A DNA stretch of 64,000 bases from NCBI GenBank assembly GCA_023259115.1, contig JAHFQW010000004.1, forward strand, positions 12,768-76,767, in the 5' to 3' direction. Each line of letters opens with the position of its first letter. The stretch's first letter is position 1. Of the stretch, positions 9,626-18,882 are shown piece by piece. Below the pieces are notes generated by a model. It was given only the letters and a program-made list of their open reading frames with translations. It ran no database searches and was not told the origin of the DNA. The DNA comes from an archaeon (lineage in GTDB: Archaea; Nanobdellota; Nanobdellia; Woesearchaeales; GW2011-AR9). Both the position numbers and the translations under genes were made by a program.

Positions 9626-9716
9626 TAGTAAATTGCCATAGAAATCGAACATTCTAGGCAATTTCTATATCTGAAATTCGCAACATTTTGTTCGATTTCT
9701 TGCGAATTTCACTATA
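9626..9716. repeat. intergenic two-hairpin repeat, copy B (family 1)
   Basis: Same termini and an identical 47-nt right half. The hairpin-1 stem AAATTGCC/GGCAATTT is conserved with a different loop. Confidence 0.7.
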
Positions 9717-9848
9717 TTTATTCTGCTTATTCCATTTGTTTCATTTCTCATAAAAACAGATAAGCATCAGAACTATATAAAACAAAACACCGCAATATTA
9801 GTAAAAAAACACAATATTTATATAATAAACCATCTTTTTTACCATAAC

Positions 9849-10862
9849 ATGCGCGTCCTAGCCCAAAAAAGTCCTAAATTATCCCTTGACATGAAAGATT
9901 GGCGTATCTTAAAAGAGCTCATTTCCAACGTCCGCCAACCTCTATCGCAAATTGCTCAAAAAACCCTGCTCAGTCGTCAATCTGTGGAATATCGTATTAA
10001 TCAACTCTATGAAAATCAATTAATCATCGGCTCACGCACCATCATTCACACTAAAAAAATCGGCTACAAATCATACCACATCTTCATCGAAGTGCACACA
10101 CCCAAAGACGAACAGCTCCTCATCACCCGCTCATTAAAAGCACAATATGTCAACGCCATCATCGTCTATAGCGGAAAATATAATTTAGAAATCTCCCTCA
10201 TGGCCCAAACAGAAACAGAATTTCTCACATTATATCATGAGCTTACATCAAACATCAACATTCGTAACGACGCCACATTAATCTTGCTTGACACCCTGCG
10301 TAGCGAAGTCCTCCCCCAAAACTACTTCCCTAAACTCAAAGAAACAAATAAATTAATCCAAGAAACCAAAACCACAACAAAATTAAAACCCGAAAAACCA
10401 CTTGACCACTTTGACACCACTCTTCTCTTTGAACTATCCAAAAACGCCACCACCACTAACATCGCCCTCGCCCATCAGCTTAAAAGCTCCAAAGACACCA
10501 TTGCCCAACACATCAAATCACTTGAACAACGACGCTACATCGTGCAATACCGTCCCGTCATTAACTACGCCGTACTTGACCTCTCCATCAACTCCGTCTT
10601 AATCAAAATCAACCCCAACCCCAAAAGCACAGAACAATTTGAACAATTCCTCAAAACCCACGGATCCATCTTATGGGCCACCAAAACATTTGGTCATTTT
10701 GACTACTTAGTCTACATCATCACCAAAAACCTCGACGAATTCCACGACGTCATCAACACCATCAAAGAGCAATTCCAAAACCTCATCAAAACATATGAAA
10801 TTTTATTCGCATTTAAAGAGATGAAATACGACTTCATGGCCGAATCCATTGTAAAGAAGTAA
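9849..10862 (+). CDS. lrp: Lrp/AsnC-family transcriptional regulator with two tandem HTH modules
   Basis: Two Lrp-type winged-HTH segments: DWRILKELISNVRQPLSQIAQKTLLSRQSVEYRINQL and DTTLLFELSKNATTTNIALAHQLKSSKDTIAQHIKSLE. A TATA box (AATATTTATATAA) lies ~28 nt upstream of the ATG. Confidence 0.7.
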   Translation: MRVLAQKSPKLSLDMKDWRILKELISNVRQPLSQIAQKTLLSRQSVEYRINQLYENQLIIGSRTIIHTKKIGYKSYHIFIEVHTPKDEQLLITRSLKAQYVNAIIVYSGKYNLEISLMAQTETEFLTLYHELTSNINIRNDATLILLDTLRSEVLPQNYFPKLKETNKLIQETKTTTKLKPEKPLDHFDTTLLFELSKNATTTNIALAHQLKSSKDTIAQHIKSLEQRRYIVQYRPVINYAVLDLSINSVLIKINPNPKSTEQFEQFLKTHGSILWATKTFGHFDYLVYIITKNLDEFHDVINTIKEQFQNLIKTYEILFAFKEMKYDFMAESIVKK

Positions 10863-10947
10863 AAAGTATACCTTCACCATTCCAAACCCCTAAATTCCCA
10901 AAAAACCAACAGACACCCTTAAATATCTCCCACAAAAAACATCTCTC

Positions 10948-11910
10948 ATGTACCCATTTCTAGACGAAACACAACTCCACCGCAACGCCGCATTCTACAC
11001 CCCCTTCGATAATGGTATCTATCAAGTCACCGCCGGCCTCCATAAACATCCAACCAACTTTGGCAACGGTATAATGGACAATCACACATTCCAAATCGAT
11101 TCATTATTCCCGCAATACCACAACGCCAAACTCGCCTGCCGAACCGAACGCATCACAAAATACGTCCAGCAACACAACCTCTCAGAAGACATCCAACACC
11201 AAATCGCCCAATACCTCATAACCACACTCACCACAGAATACCCTCACTACTTCCAACAACACAACAACACCCTCAACTGCACACTCACCCAAGAAACCAT
11301 CCACTGGTACAACAACTCCCTACTAACTCAACCCACAAAATACCTCTCCCTGCTCGACGCACTTGCTTCCCAAGTGCAAGAAGACATCTCCATTCTCTGC
11401 AAAAACAGCCACACCAATTGGATTAGCTACCTCCACTTAAGCTACCCCAACCACTGGTCCACCGAAGAAAAAATAGGCAAAACATTCCAACACGCCCACA
11501 ACCCCGTCGCCGGATTTCAAAAAGCCAATCCCCACATTGACAACCTCATCAACGCCATCATACAAAGAGGCCCCTATGTCCGCTTCGCCTGGGGAATCAC
11601 AACCGACACCAGACTAAACCATCACCCCATCCCCCCAATATTTATTCATCATCAACAATGGCCAGAACAACCATTCAACCCAGACAAACCCAAAGCCTAC
11701 CTCCGCATCGAACGCCAAACACTTCATCCTTTTCCAGAACTACAATCCTCCTTATTCACCATCCGCCCCTATCTCACACCATTACAAACATTATCAAAAG
11801 AACACAAAACGCTCCTCATACACGCCATCCAATCCATGACTCCAGAACAAAAACAATACAAACGACTACAACACTCAGAAAAATTAGTAAAGTGGTTAGA
11901 AAAAGAATAA
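10948..11910 (+). CDS. hypothetical His/Gln-rich protein
   Basis: 320-aa ORF immediately downstream of lrp. Confidence 0.4.
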   Translation: MYPFLDETQLHRNAAFYTPFDNGIYQVTAGLHKHPTNFGNGIMDNHTFQIDSLFPQYHNAKLACRTERITKYVQQHNLSEDIQHQIAQYLITTLTTEYPHYFQQHNNTLNCTLTQETIHWYNNSLLTQPTKYLSLLDALASQVQEDISILCKNSHTNWISYLHLSYPNHWSTEEKIGKTFQHAHNPVAGFQKANPHIDNLINAIIQRGPYVRFAWGITTDTRLNHHPIPPIFIHHQQWPEQPFNPDKPKAYLRIERQTLHPFPELQSSLFTIRPYLTPLQTLSKEHKTLLIHAIQSMTPEQKQYKRLQHSEKLVKWLEKE

Positions 11911-11939
11911 ATAGAAATAAAACTTCTTACAATCTAACC

Positions 11940-12542
11940 TCACTCCGCTCCCTCTCGTATCTCTCGCTCGATCTCACCTTCCATCTCTTTACGAATCTCC
12001 GATTCTGGCACGTACTTGCCCGTCTCAATCTTATACGAAGAAAATAAATTACGTATCGCACTCACCACATACGCCGTATCCTCTACCAGCTCATTTTTTG
12101 CCCCACTCTCAATAGGCCACGTATACAAATACTTATTGATCCACCCTTTCAGAAAAAATGCCACCGGCTTCATCCCCCAACGATGCTGATACTCCGTGAG
12201 CATCCACGCATCAAACACAATCTCCACATCGCCTTGCTGAAACTTCTTACGAATTCCCTTCACCTCTTCCGTCGTCTCCGTCACATGATCTAGTAAAATC
12301 TTAATTTTAATCATCTGAATTAAATAATTCGTCTTCTCTTTAAACGGCCTCAACTCAATATACGACCGTCTTCCCGCATCTGTCACTAACTCTTCTGTTT
12401 TCTTCTCCCGCTTCGTATACCCTCTATCTTCCAACGCATTATTAATAACATGAAACAGTTCATCTGCTCTAAAAATCCCTTTATACCTAAACTCCCGATT
12501 ATTAATCACTAAATTCTTTTCGTATTGTAAATCCACGTCCAT
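11940..12542 (-). CDS. hypothetical protein, paralogue A of a tandem pair
   Basis: Shares ELF..VINNALEDRGY, ELVTDAG and FDAWMLTEYQHRWGMKP blocks with the adjacent 170-aa ORF. Confidence 0.5.
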   Translation of the reverse strand: MDVDLQYEKNLVINNREFRYKGIFRADELFHVINNALEDRGYTKREKKTEELVTDAGRRSYIELRPFKEKTNYLIQMIKIKILLDHVTETTEEVKGIRKKFQQGDVEIVFDAWMLTEYQHRWGMKPVAFFLKGWINKYLYTWPIESGAKNELVEDTAYVVSAIRNLFSSYKIETGKYVPESEIRKEMEGEIEREIREGAE

Positions 12543-12578
12543 TCTTATATCACCAATAATCTTTCATAATTTATCTTT

Positions 12579-12613
12579 AACATTTTGTTCGATTTCTTGC
12601 GAATATCACTATA
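12579..12613. repeat. partial copy of family 1 (right half only)
   Basis: AACATTTTGTTCGATTTCTTGCGAATATCACTATA, between the tandem paralogues. Confidence 0.55.
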
Positions 12614-12621
12614 CATTCCTA

Positions 12622-13134
12622 CTAGTACTGATACGTATACTTAAACACATTCAAATACGTCTTAATCTTCTGATGCAAATCATCAATATCACTCTTAATC
12701 CACGTCTCAAACTTCTCATAATGTGTTCGAAAAAAATACTTCTCAATCATATAACTCATAAACCACCACAACGGCTCACTCGTCCACTTACCAAACCTAT
12801 CACTCATCACATACCCATCAAACGTAATACGCACAACCCCATGATGTAATCGCAGCTTCTGCCCGTTTTGTTCCACTTCAACCTCTTTAACATCAATCAT
12901 ATTAATCTTGATACGCACCGTCAGCTTATAATAATCAGATGAACTCTTCCAAGGCTCCAAAACCAGCTTAATTTGTTTCCCCGTCGGCGTCACAAGCTCC
13001 TGATTCATCTTCTCATACCAATCCCATCCTTTCTCATAGAAAAAACCCGCAACTAAATTATACAACTCAGACGCATTAAATAACCCTTCATACCCCAACT
13101 TCAAATGATCCACTACTAATGTACGTTCAGCCAT
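12622..13134 (-). CDS. hypothetical protein, paralogue B of a tandem pair
   Basis: ELYNLVAGFFYEKGW, ELVTPTG and FDGYVMSDRFGKWTSEP align with the neighbouring ORF. Confidence 0.5.
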   Translation of the reverse strand: MAERTLVVDHLKLGYEGLFNASELYNLVAGFFYEKGWDWYEKMNQELVTPTGKQIKLVLEPWKSSSDYYKLTVRIKINMIDVKEVEVEQNGQKLRLHHGVVRITFDGYVMSDRFGKWTSEPLWWFMSYMIEKYFFRTHYEKFETWIKSDIDDLHQKIKTYLNVFKYTYQY

Positions 13135-13426
13135 TCTATTCCCCTTTTTTCTTAACTCCCATCTCTTCTTAACAATCCCTAAAATATTAACTTTCCCTAA
13201 ATATCATATTTTCTTTCTTCTGCCCAAAGAGCACCCAGTATAAACACAAATTCCCAATAACTATTAAAAAAAGCAACAGCCAAGGGCTCATAGTAAAATA
13301 TAATCGTATAAACCTTATAAATTATTCTATTAAGATCCTCCCCCATAAACCTCCCTATACTCCATAACCAAAAACTTTAAGAACTACCCCTCCTCTCCCC
13401 CACACAGCAAAAAGCGGTGTAATCCC

Positions 13427-14065
13427 ATGGTAAAATCACTATTAAGATCAATTCTACAAAAACTAACCGCTAATCCCTTTAGTCGCAAAAGCCATGTCAA
13501 ACTCGGCTTATACGGTCCCCCAAATGGCGGAAAATCAACATTAGCCAATCGCATCTGCACCGACTGGTTAGGCGAAGAAATGTCCTCCGTCTCTCATATC
13601 GCTCATGAAACTCGCGAAATCGTCATCAAAGAACAAGTCACCATCAAAAACAAACGTGGCAAAGAATTAACCTTCTCACTCGTTGACACCCCCGGAATCG
13701 CCACCAAAATTGACTACGAAGAATTCTTACGCAAAGGCCTCAACAAAGTCGAAGCAAAAAAACGCGCCAAAGAAGCAACAAAAGGCGTCATCGACTCCAT
13801 CAAATGGCTTGACAACATGGACTCCGTTGTCGTCGTCTTAGACGCCACAATCGACCCTTACTCCCAAGTTAACATCACAATTATTGGCAACCTGCAAGCA
13901 AGAAACATCCCTGTTATCATCGCCGCCAATAAAGTCGATCTCAGAAAAGCCAACACCGACCTCATCAACGCCGCCTTCCCGCAATACCCCGTCATTGGTA
14001 TTTCCGCAAAATATGGCAAAAACGTTGAAGACTTTTATGAACAAATCTTCAAAGTCGTAAAGTAA
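13427..14065 (+). CDS. small P-loop GTPase
   Basis: G1 GPPNGGKST, G3 DTPG, G4 NKVD and G5 SAK. Confidence 0.75.
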   Translation: MVKSLLRSILQKLTANPFSRKSHVKLGLYGPPNGGKSTLANRICTDWLGEEMSSVSHIAHETREIVIKEQVTIKNKRGKELTFSLVDTPGIATKIDYEEFLRKGLNKVEAKKRAKEATKGVIDSIKWLDNMDSVVVVLDATIDPYSQVNITIIGNLQARNIPVIIAANKVDLRKANTDLINAAFPQYPVIGISAKYGKNVEDFYEQIFKVVK

Positions 14066-14199
14066 AAATCACCCGTCGCAAAATAAGAAAGATATAAATA
14101 CCATTAAAAAAACAAATACTCTCAAAAACAACATCTATTAGTAGCAAAAAACAATTAGTAACAAAAACAGATAATAAAAAAAGAGGCAAAACGTATCAG

Positions 14200-14610
14200 A
14201 TGGTTACATTTCAATTCATACCCTATCAAGACATTGATACACTCACCTCCGCCAAACGTATCAACAAACTTCTTAATATTGTCAAAGACAACCGCATTGT
14301 CATCATGGAAGGTCGCCTAACTAAACAAGAAGAAGCCGACTTAATCGAAATCACCATGGAAGAAATTGGTCCAAAATTCAAAGGCATTGAACTCAGCGTC
14401 ATCTACCCCGACAAAAACACCCAAGACGTCGGACAAAAACTCAAAAACACCTTTGCCAGCATTCTCTTAGGCGACCGTCTTGGCTTAACCATAATTGGCC
14501 CAGCATCCATTGTCAAAAAGATTGAAAAAAATCCCGATAAAATCGAATTATTCACCAAAGAACTCTCCGCCAACATCGGCCGCTTCACCAAAAAAGCCAA
14601 GTATGGTTAA
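14200..14610 (+). CDS. conserved archaeal hypothetical protein (DUF2073-like, by recollection)
   Basis: Small ORF between a GTPase and a Zn-ribbon protein. This gene order is, as I recall, conserved in archaea. Confidence 0.4.
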   Translation: MVTFQFIPYQDIDTLTSAKRINKLLNIVKDNRIVIMEGRLTKQEEADLIEITMEEIGPKFKGIELSVIYPDKNTQDVGQKLKNTFASILLGDRLGLTIIGPASIVKKIEKNPDKIELFTKELSANIGRFTKKAKYG

Positions 14611-14755
14611 TTTGAACCATCTGTATAGTAAATGTGTGAAATAATCGAATAGTAACCCATTTACTTACTAGTAATAGTAAACAAGCATTCCAAAATTATT
14701 CACCATTACTATATAAACCAACTAAATTTATATAGTACTTCACCAACCACACACC

Positions 14756-15136
14756 ATGCCCCACCAATGCGTTCGTTGCAACAACTTCTATGAAGATGGC
14801 TCTCAAGAAATTCTAAAAGGTTGTCCTTGTGGCGCAAAATTATTCTTCTACATCAAAAAACAACAACTAGACAAATCCACCAAAGAATTCATCACCAATT
14901 TCACTGACGAAGAAAAACAGCAAATTGAACACGACATCAAAGAAATCCTCCACGTCAAAGAAGAACTCGATAATCCCGTTGTCCTTGATCTAGAATCCAT
15001 CCGCGTTCTCCAGCCCGGAAAATATGAACTCGACCTCGTCCACCTATTCAAAAAAGACCCACTAATCATCAAATTAGACGAAGGAAAATATATGATTGAT
15101 CTGCCTCAGGCATTTAAAAAAGAAGAAAAGAAATGA
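14756..15136 (+). CDS. Zn-ribbon protein
   Basis: N-terminal CxxC...CPC pattern (HQCVRCNNFYEDGSQEILKGCPCG). Confidence 0.5.
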   Translation: MPHQCVRCNNFYEDGSQEILKGCPCGAKLFFYIKKQQLDKSTKEFITNFTDEEKQQIEHDIKEILHVKEELDNPVVLDLESIRVLQPGKYELDLVHLFKKDPLIIKLDEGKYMIDLPQAFKKEEKK

Positions 15137-15341
15137 ACAAACAAGTAAAAATCCCAATCACAGCAAGCTGTGGAGTATTAGACCCATTTTCATTGAATCA
15201 AAAGATTCAAACAACAAGCCCTATTAATTCCCAGAAGCGAAATGCTGAGAAGACAGCGAACTTTAGGGGCAAAGCGACGAAGAATTTTTTGTTTTTGAGA
15301 AAATATTGTATCGAACACAGTGAGTCTATAACTTAAAGCCC

Positions 15342-15761
15342 CTATCGTCTAGATAAATTCAATTCAGCAGAATCTCCAATTTCACACACACTCATAACTA
15401 CATTTGCAAGAAGCAAACCTAAATCTAGATCAAATTCAATCTTATAAGGCAAAGCACCCCATTGACCAGTATACTTTCCAGAAAAATCATCAGACTTCGA
15501 TTTTTCCAATTGATATGCCAGATTTGCTAAATTAGCACTTGGAGGATACTTAAAAAATTCTAATCTTGTAATCTCTCCAATATTTCTAATTTGACCTTTG
15601 AATATTTGTTCTGGAACTCTTGACATATGATCGGTAATTATACTTTCAAATTGACCGTTAGAATTTAATTCTATTTCTCCCGTGAGTTTTCCTCTTGCTC
15701 CATTATACAAATAGAATCCCTCAATCAGATATGTATCCATCGTCATAATGTTAGTATTCAA
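15342..15761 (-). CDS. hypothetical protein
   Basis: 139-aa ORF. Confidence 0.35.
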   Translation of the reverse strand: MNTNIMTMDTYLIEGFYLYNGARGKLTGEIELNSNGQFESIITDHMSRVPEQIFKGQIRNIGEITRLEFFKYPPSANLANLAYQLEKSKSDDFSGKYTGQWGALPYKIEFDLDLGLLLANVVMSVCEIGDSAELNLSRR

Positions 15762-15835
15762 AGGTAGTTTATAAAGTCTTTGATAGGAGCGTTATAGTTC
15801 TCAAAAACAAAAATTACAATTAACAATAATTAATC

Positions 15836-16534
15836 CTAAACAATCATTTTTCTAAATACCGTTGGCCCCGGATTCACCCAAAACCGTTCATACCTCCTTG
15901 CTTGGCATGTTTGTTCAACATCTTCTTCAAGACCTCGAGGTATATCACAAAATCGTGGTTTACCATAAAAACGATCCTGCGTAACATATAACAAACCACC
16001 TTCAACCAAAAGTGTACTCACAGAAACAAAATCCTCATAAATTTGCGCAGGTAATCTCTCAACACCCGAACCCAACACATTAGACAGATAAATTTTAGTA
16101 AACTCTCCCCTCTGCTGTCGCAAAATATCACCAACACCAAATTCCATTTTCGAAGCATTCTCACAAATAGTAGACAATTTTCCCTGAACCGAAAAATACT
16201 CCCGATTCACTGTATTTTTTTCACCACGGCCACAATCAAAAAACTGAAAAAAAGAGTGTAAATCATGCAGCCCTAACTTTTGTAAACGCCATCTCGCATA
16301 CTCCACTTGCAACCCATTTATATCAAGAGCAACCACTTCTGCCCCCCTCTCCACCATCCCAAACGGCACATCACCCGAACCACACACCGTTAACACCCTA
16401 TCCTGCGACGTAACATCAAGACCACGAACTACCGCTTCAACAACTTCATTTGTAGCTAAATAAAGAATATGTGATCTAAATTGCTCCTCCGTAAAACTAT
16501 CTAAATTCATGTAATCTCCAACACCAAAAACCAC
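15836..16534 (-). CDS. class I SAM-dependent methyltransferase
   Basis: Motif I-like RVLTVCGSGDVPFGMVERGAEVVALDIN. Confidence 0.55.
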   Translation of the reverse strand: MVFGVGDYMNLDSFTEEQFRSHILYLATNEVVEAVVRGLDVTSQDRVLTVCGSGDVPFGMVERGAEVVALDINGLQVEYARWRLQKLGLHDLHSFFQFFDCGRGEKNTVNREYFSVQGKLSTICENASKMEFGVGDILRQQRGEFTKIYLSNVLGSGVERLPAQIYEDFVSVSTLLVEGGLLYVTQDRFYGKPRFCDIPRGLEEDVEQTCQARRYERFWVNPGPTVFRKMIV

Positions 16535-16630
16535 TTCACAACCAAAGACTTTAAATCAATTTAAAACACACTTTCTAAATCATAACGATGATTAAAATAA
16601 TCCATTTTATTTATAAATTCATCTAGAATA

Positions 16631-16957
16631 TTAATCAAAGTCCAGGGGAGGATCAAAAAAAGTAGCAAACTCATCTAGGGCATCATAAGCTGATAAATAC
16701 TTTCCTTTTTTATTCGGAAAAAAAATATCTCCATAATCACCACAACCCCTCTCCCCAGAACCTTTTAAAACAACAGAGACCCATCCTAACTTCTCACCCA
16801 AAGATATATCCAAAGACCACCCAAATAATTCAACATTTTGACCAACTAAATCTTTTAAATTCATAGCTTGAAGTGTATCTAAAGAAACCGATTTATCACT
16901 TAAATAGACGGGATTATTCCCTAACTTATATTCTAAATCCAGTATTTGAGAAAACAT
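16631..16957 (-). CDS. hypothetical protein
   Basis: 108-aa ORF. Confidence 0.35.
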   Translation of the reverse strand: MFSQILDLEYKLGNNPVYLSDKSVSLDTLQAMNLKDLVGQNVELFGWSLDISLGEKLGWVSVVLKGSGERGCGDYGDIFFPNKKGKYLSAYDALDEFATFFDPPLDFD

Positions 16958-16969
16958 AGAAAGTATTAC

Positions 16970-17494
16970 CTACAACTTCCCTCTCTGCGCTTTCTCCGAA
17001 ATAATCGCACTATGCCCCGTCGGATCTTCTAAAATAATCTTCAGTGAATCTCTGCCTAACATCACATTATTCAACTTCTTAATCATCGTCTTGGCCTTCT
17101 TGCGCGCAGAATCATCATCCTCTTCCTCATCATCTGAATCAATGGAAGACTCTATTACCTTCTTCACCCGATCCAATAACCCTTCAATATTAGTGACATA
17201 CCCCTCCGATGCCGGTCCTGGTTCCATAGTAATAATATGCGGAATCTTAAGCGTCGCCTCACCAGACTTCACCACTCGAATATTCATATCTGCCTCCGTA
17301 GACACCTCAATGGTATATCGGCATGGCTCTTTCTTCTCCGCGGGCTCCACATCACCCTTGCGATAACCACACCCCTCACACTCCATTGAAAACACAAACA
17401 CTCGTCCAAAATAAGGAATATCCACCTCATCCTCTCGAAGAATCAACTTCTTCTCACCGCAAAAATGACATAATTCGCCTTTGATTTCTGACAT
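16970..17494 (-). CDS. ZPR1-type zinc-finger protein
   Basis: CHFCGEKK...IPYFG...CEGCGYRKGDVE matches the ZPR1 C4 pattern. Start moved to the internal Met MSEIKGE because a TATA-like TTTATAAAA lies only ~12 nt upstream of the 17587 ATG. Confidence 0.5.
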   Translation of the reverse strand: MSEIKGELCHFCGEKKLILREDEVDIPYFGRVFVFSMECEGCGYRKGDVEPAEKKEPCRYTIEVSTEADMNIRVVKSGEATLKIPHIITMEPGPASEGYVTNIEGLLDRVKKVIESSIDSDDEEEDDDSARKKAKTMIKKLNNVMLGRDSLKIILEDPTGHSAIISEKAQRGKL

Positions 17495-17630
17495 AACCCT
17501 AAAAAAGAATCCAGCTTTAAAAAGATTACGTTTCACAACATCCCATGAACCTAGATAACCTACAATAAATCCCACAAAAGCAAACAAAAAGCAAATTTTA
17601 TAAAGAAATCACCTCCCTAACCCCCTAAAT

Positions 17631-17799
17631 GCACCGGTTGTATAATGGCTATTATGCCGGCCTTCCATGTACGAAGGCCCGACTGCCTAACTGAGGCAAG
17701 CCGGTGATCCGGGTTCGAAAGAAGAGGTTTCGCGTAGAAAATCCAATTGGTTAGCATCCTAGATGTCGTAAAACCTGTCTCGAAAGTCCCGGCCGGTGC
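17631..17799 (+). tRNA. tRNA-Gly (anticodon TCC) with two introns. Intron 1 is at the canonical 37/38 position (17668..17698). Intron 2 is in the T-loop after position 60 (17721..17786).
   Basis: Acceptor GCACCGG/CCGGTGC plus A73. D-arm with GG. Anticodon stem CCGGC/GCCGG with loop CTTCCA|A. T-stem CCGGG/CCCGG with T-loop TTCGAAA. The 3' T-stem strand only appears 66 nt downstream. Confidence 0.7.
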
Positions 17800-17929
17800 A
17801 TCATTTTACATTCATCTATTTCTAAAAACACTCCTCTCAACAAACCTCCCCCAGATTCTTTTAAATAATACCCACTTCAGAATAAAAACAACCACATTTA
17901 TATACTAATAGTTATTACTCTTAAAAAAA

Positions 17930-18778
17930 ATGGCAGACAAAAAAATTGATATAGGCTTCGACAACAACCGCCGTGTAATTAACATCGAAGGTCAACGTGA
18001 AGGTCCTATATTAGACCAAGAAATCAGTATTAAACTTCGCCCAAGATTAATCATTAAAAGTCTTCTCATCCTCGCTTTTCTCTTAATTATTTTCTTTGCT
18101 GGTCGCTGGAGTATTGATGCACCAGACTTCAGTTTACCAGATCTTCATGTATCAGGAATATTAAGTACAACCACCAAAGCCAACACCAACACAACCTCTA
18201 AAACAGAAGTAAAAGTTGAAGCAGCAAAACCCATAGAAACAAAAACCGTGAATCAAACCCCCACCGCCGCAGTCGCCGCAAAAACCGAAGAACCAGCTGC
18301 TCCTGCTAAAGTAGAAGCAGTAAACACATCAACCTCGGCAACAACAGAATCAACATCTACCGCAGATGGCACTGACTTCAGTGGAAAATACACTAAAGTA
18401 GCCCTCTCCATTGGCAACGTCAAATTCGATTGGAAGAGTTCCTGGGGAAAAATCACCCAACTAGAATACACCATCAAAAACAACGAAGATGGCACCATTC
18501 ACCCCGACCATGTTAATATGATAGTCGAAGGCTACACTGATGAAAATGCCAAAAAAGTCGTCCCACTTCCCAATTCCGCCAAAAAGATCCTTCCAAATCA
18601 AGCCCTCTCCAGCGCCGTAAATATTCCCACGGGTTTCGCTTACAGTGAATCAACCGCTGGACGACTTGATAGTGTGAACATTAACTTCATTCTCTTTGAT
18701 AGCAAAAACCAAATGATGACCTCATATAGCAAAGAATACAACATTGGTGGCACCCCAACCCCTGCAAATTCATCATAA
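17930..18778 (+). CDS. membrane-anchored Thr/Ala-rich extracellular protein (hypothetical)
   Basis: N-terminal TM helix IIKSLLILAFLLIIFFAGRW followed by a T/A/P-rich low-complexity linker. Confidence 0.5.
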   Translation: MADKKIDIGFDNNRRVINIEGQREGPILDQEISIKLRPRLIIKSLLILAFLLIIFFAGRWSIDAPDFSLPDLHVSGILSTTTKANTNTTSKTEVKVEAAKPIETKTVNQTPTAAVAAKTEEPAAPAKVEAVNTSTSATTESTSTADGTDFSGKYTKVALSIGNVKFDWKSSWGKITQLEYTIKNNEDGTIHPDHVNMIVEGYTDENAKKVVPLPNSAKKILPNQALSSAVNIPTGFAYSESTAGRLDSVNINFILFDSKNQMMTSYSKEYNIGGTPTPANSS

Positions 18779-18882
18779 ATAAAGAATAATCAAACAGATC
18801 TATATTCTTGTTCTCGTCATCAAAAATAGTAATCTTTATATACCATCTCACAACCAACAACCACTAAAAGAGGATCATATCG

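Noticed and set aside
4420-12613. The repeated intergenic elements as a CRISPR array
   Set aside because: The copies are kilobases apart and not regularly spaced, they have internal hairpins rather than repeat-spacer structure, and no cas genes are present.
17631-17799. Initial reading of this 170-nt GC-rich segment as a non-tRNA structured RNA (SRP-like or other)
   Set aside because: The ends form a perfect 7-bp acceptor stem with A73 and a TTCGAAA T-loop. Removing two inserts gives a canonical tRNA-Gly(TCC), consistent with the three other tRNAs.
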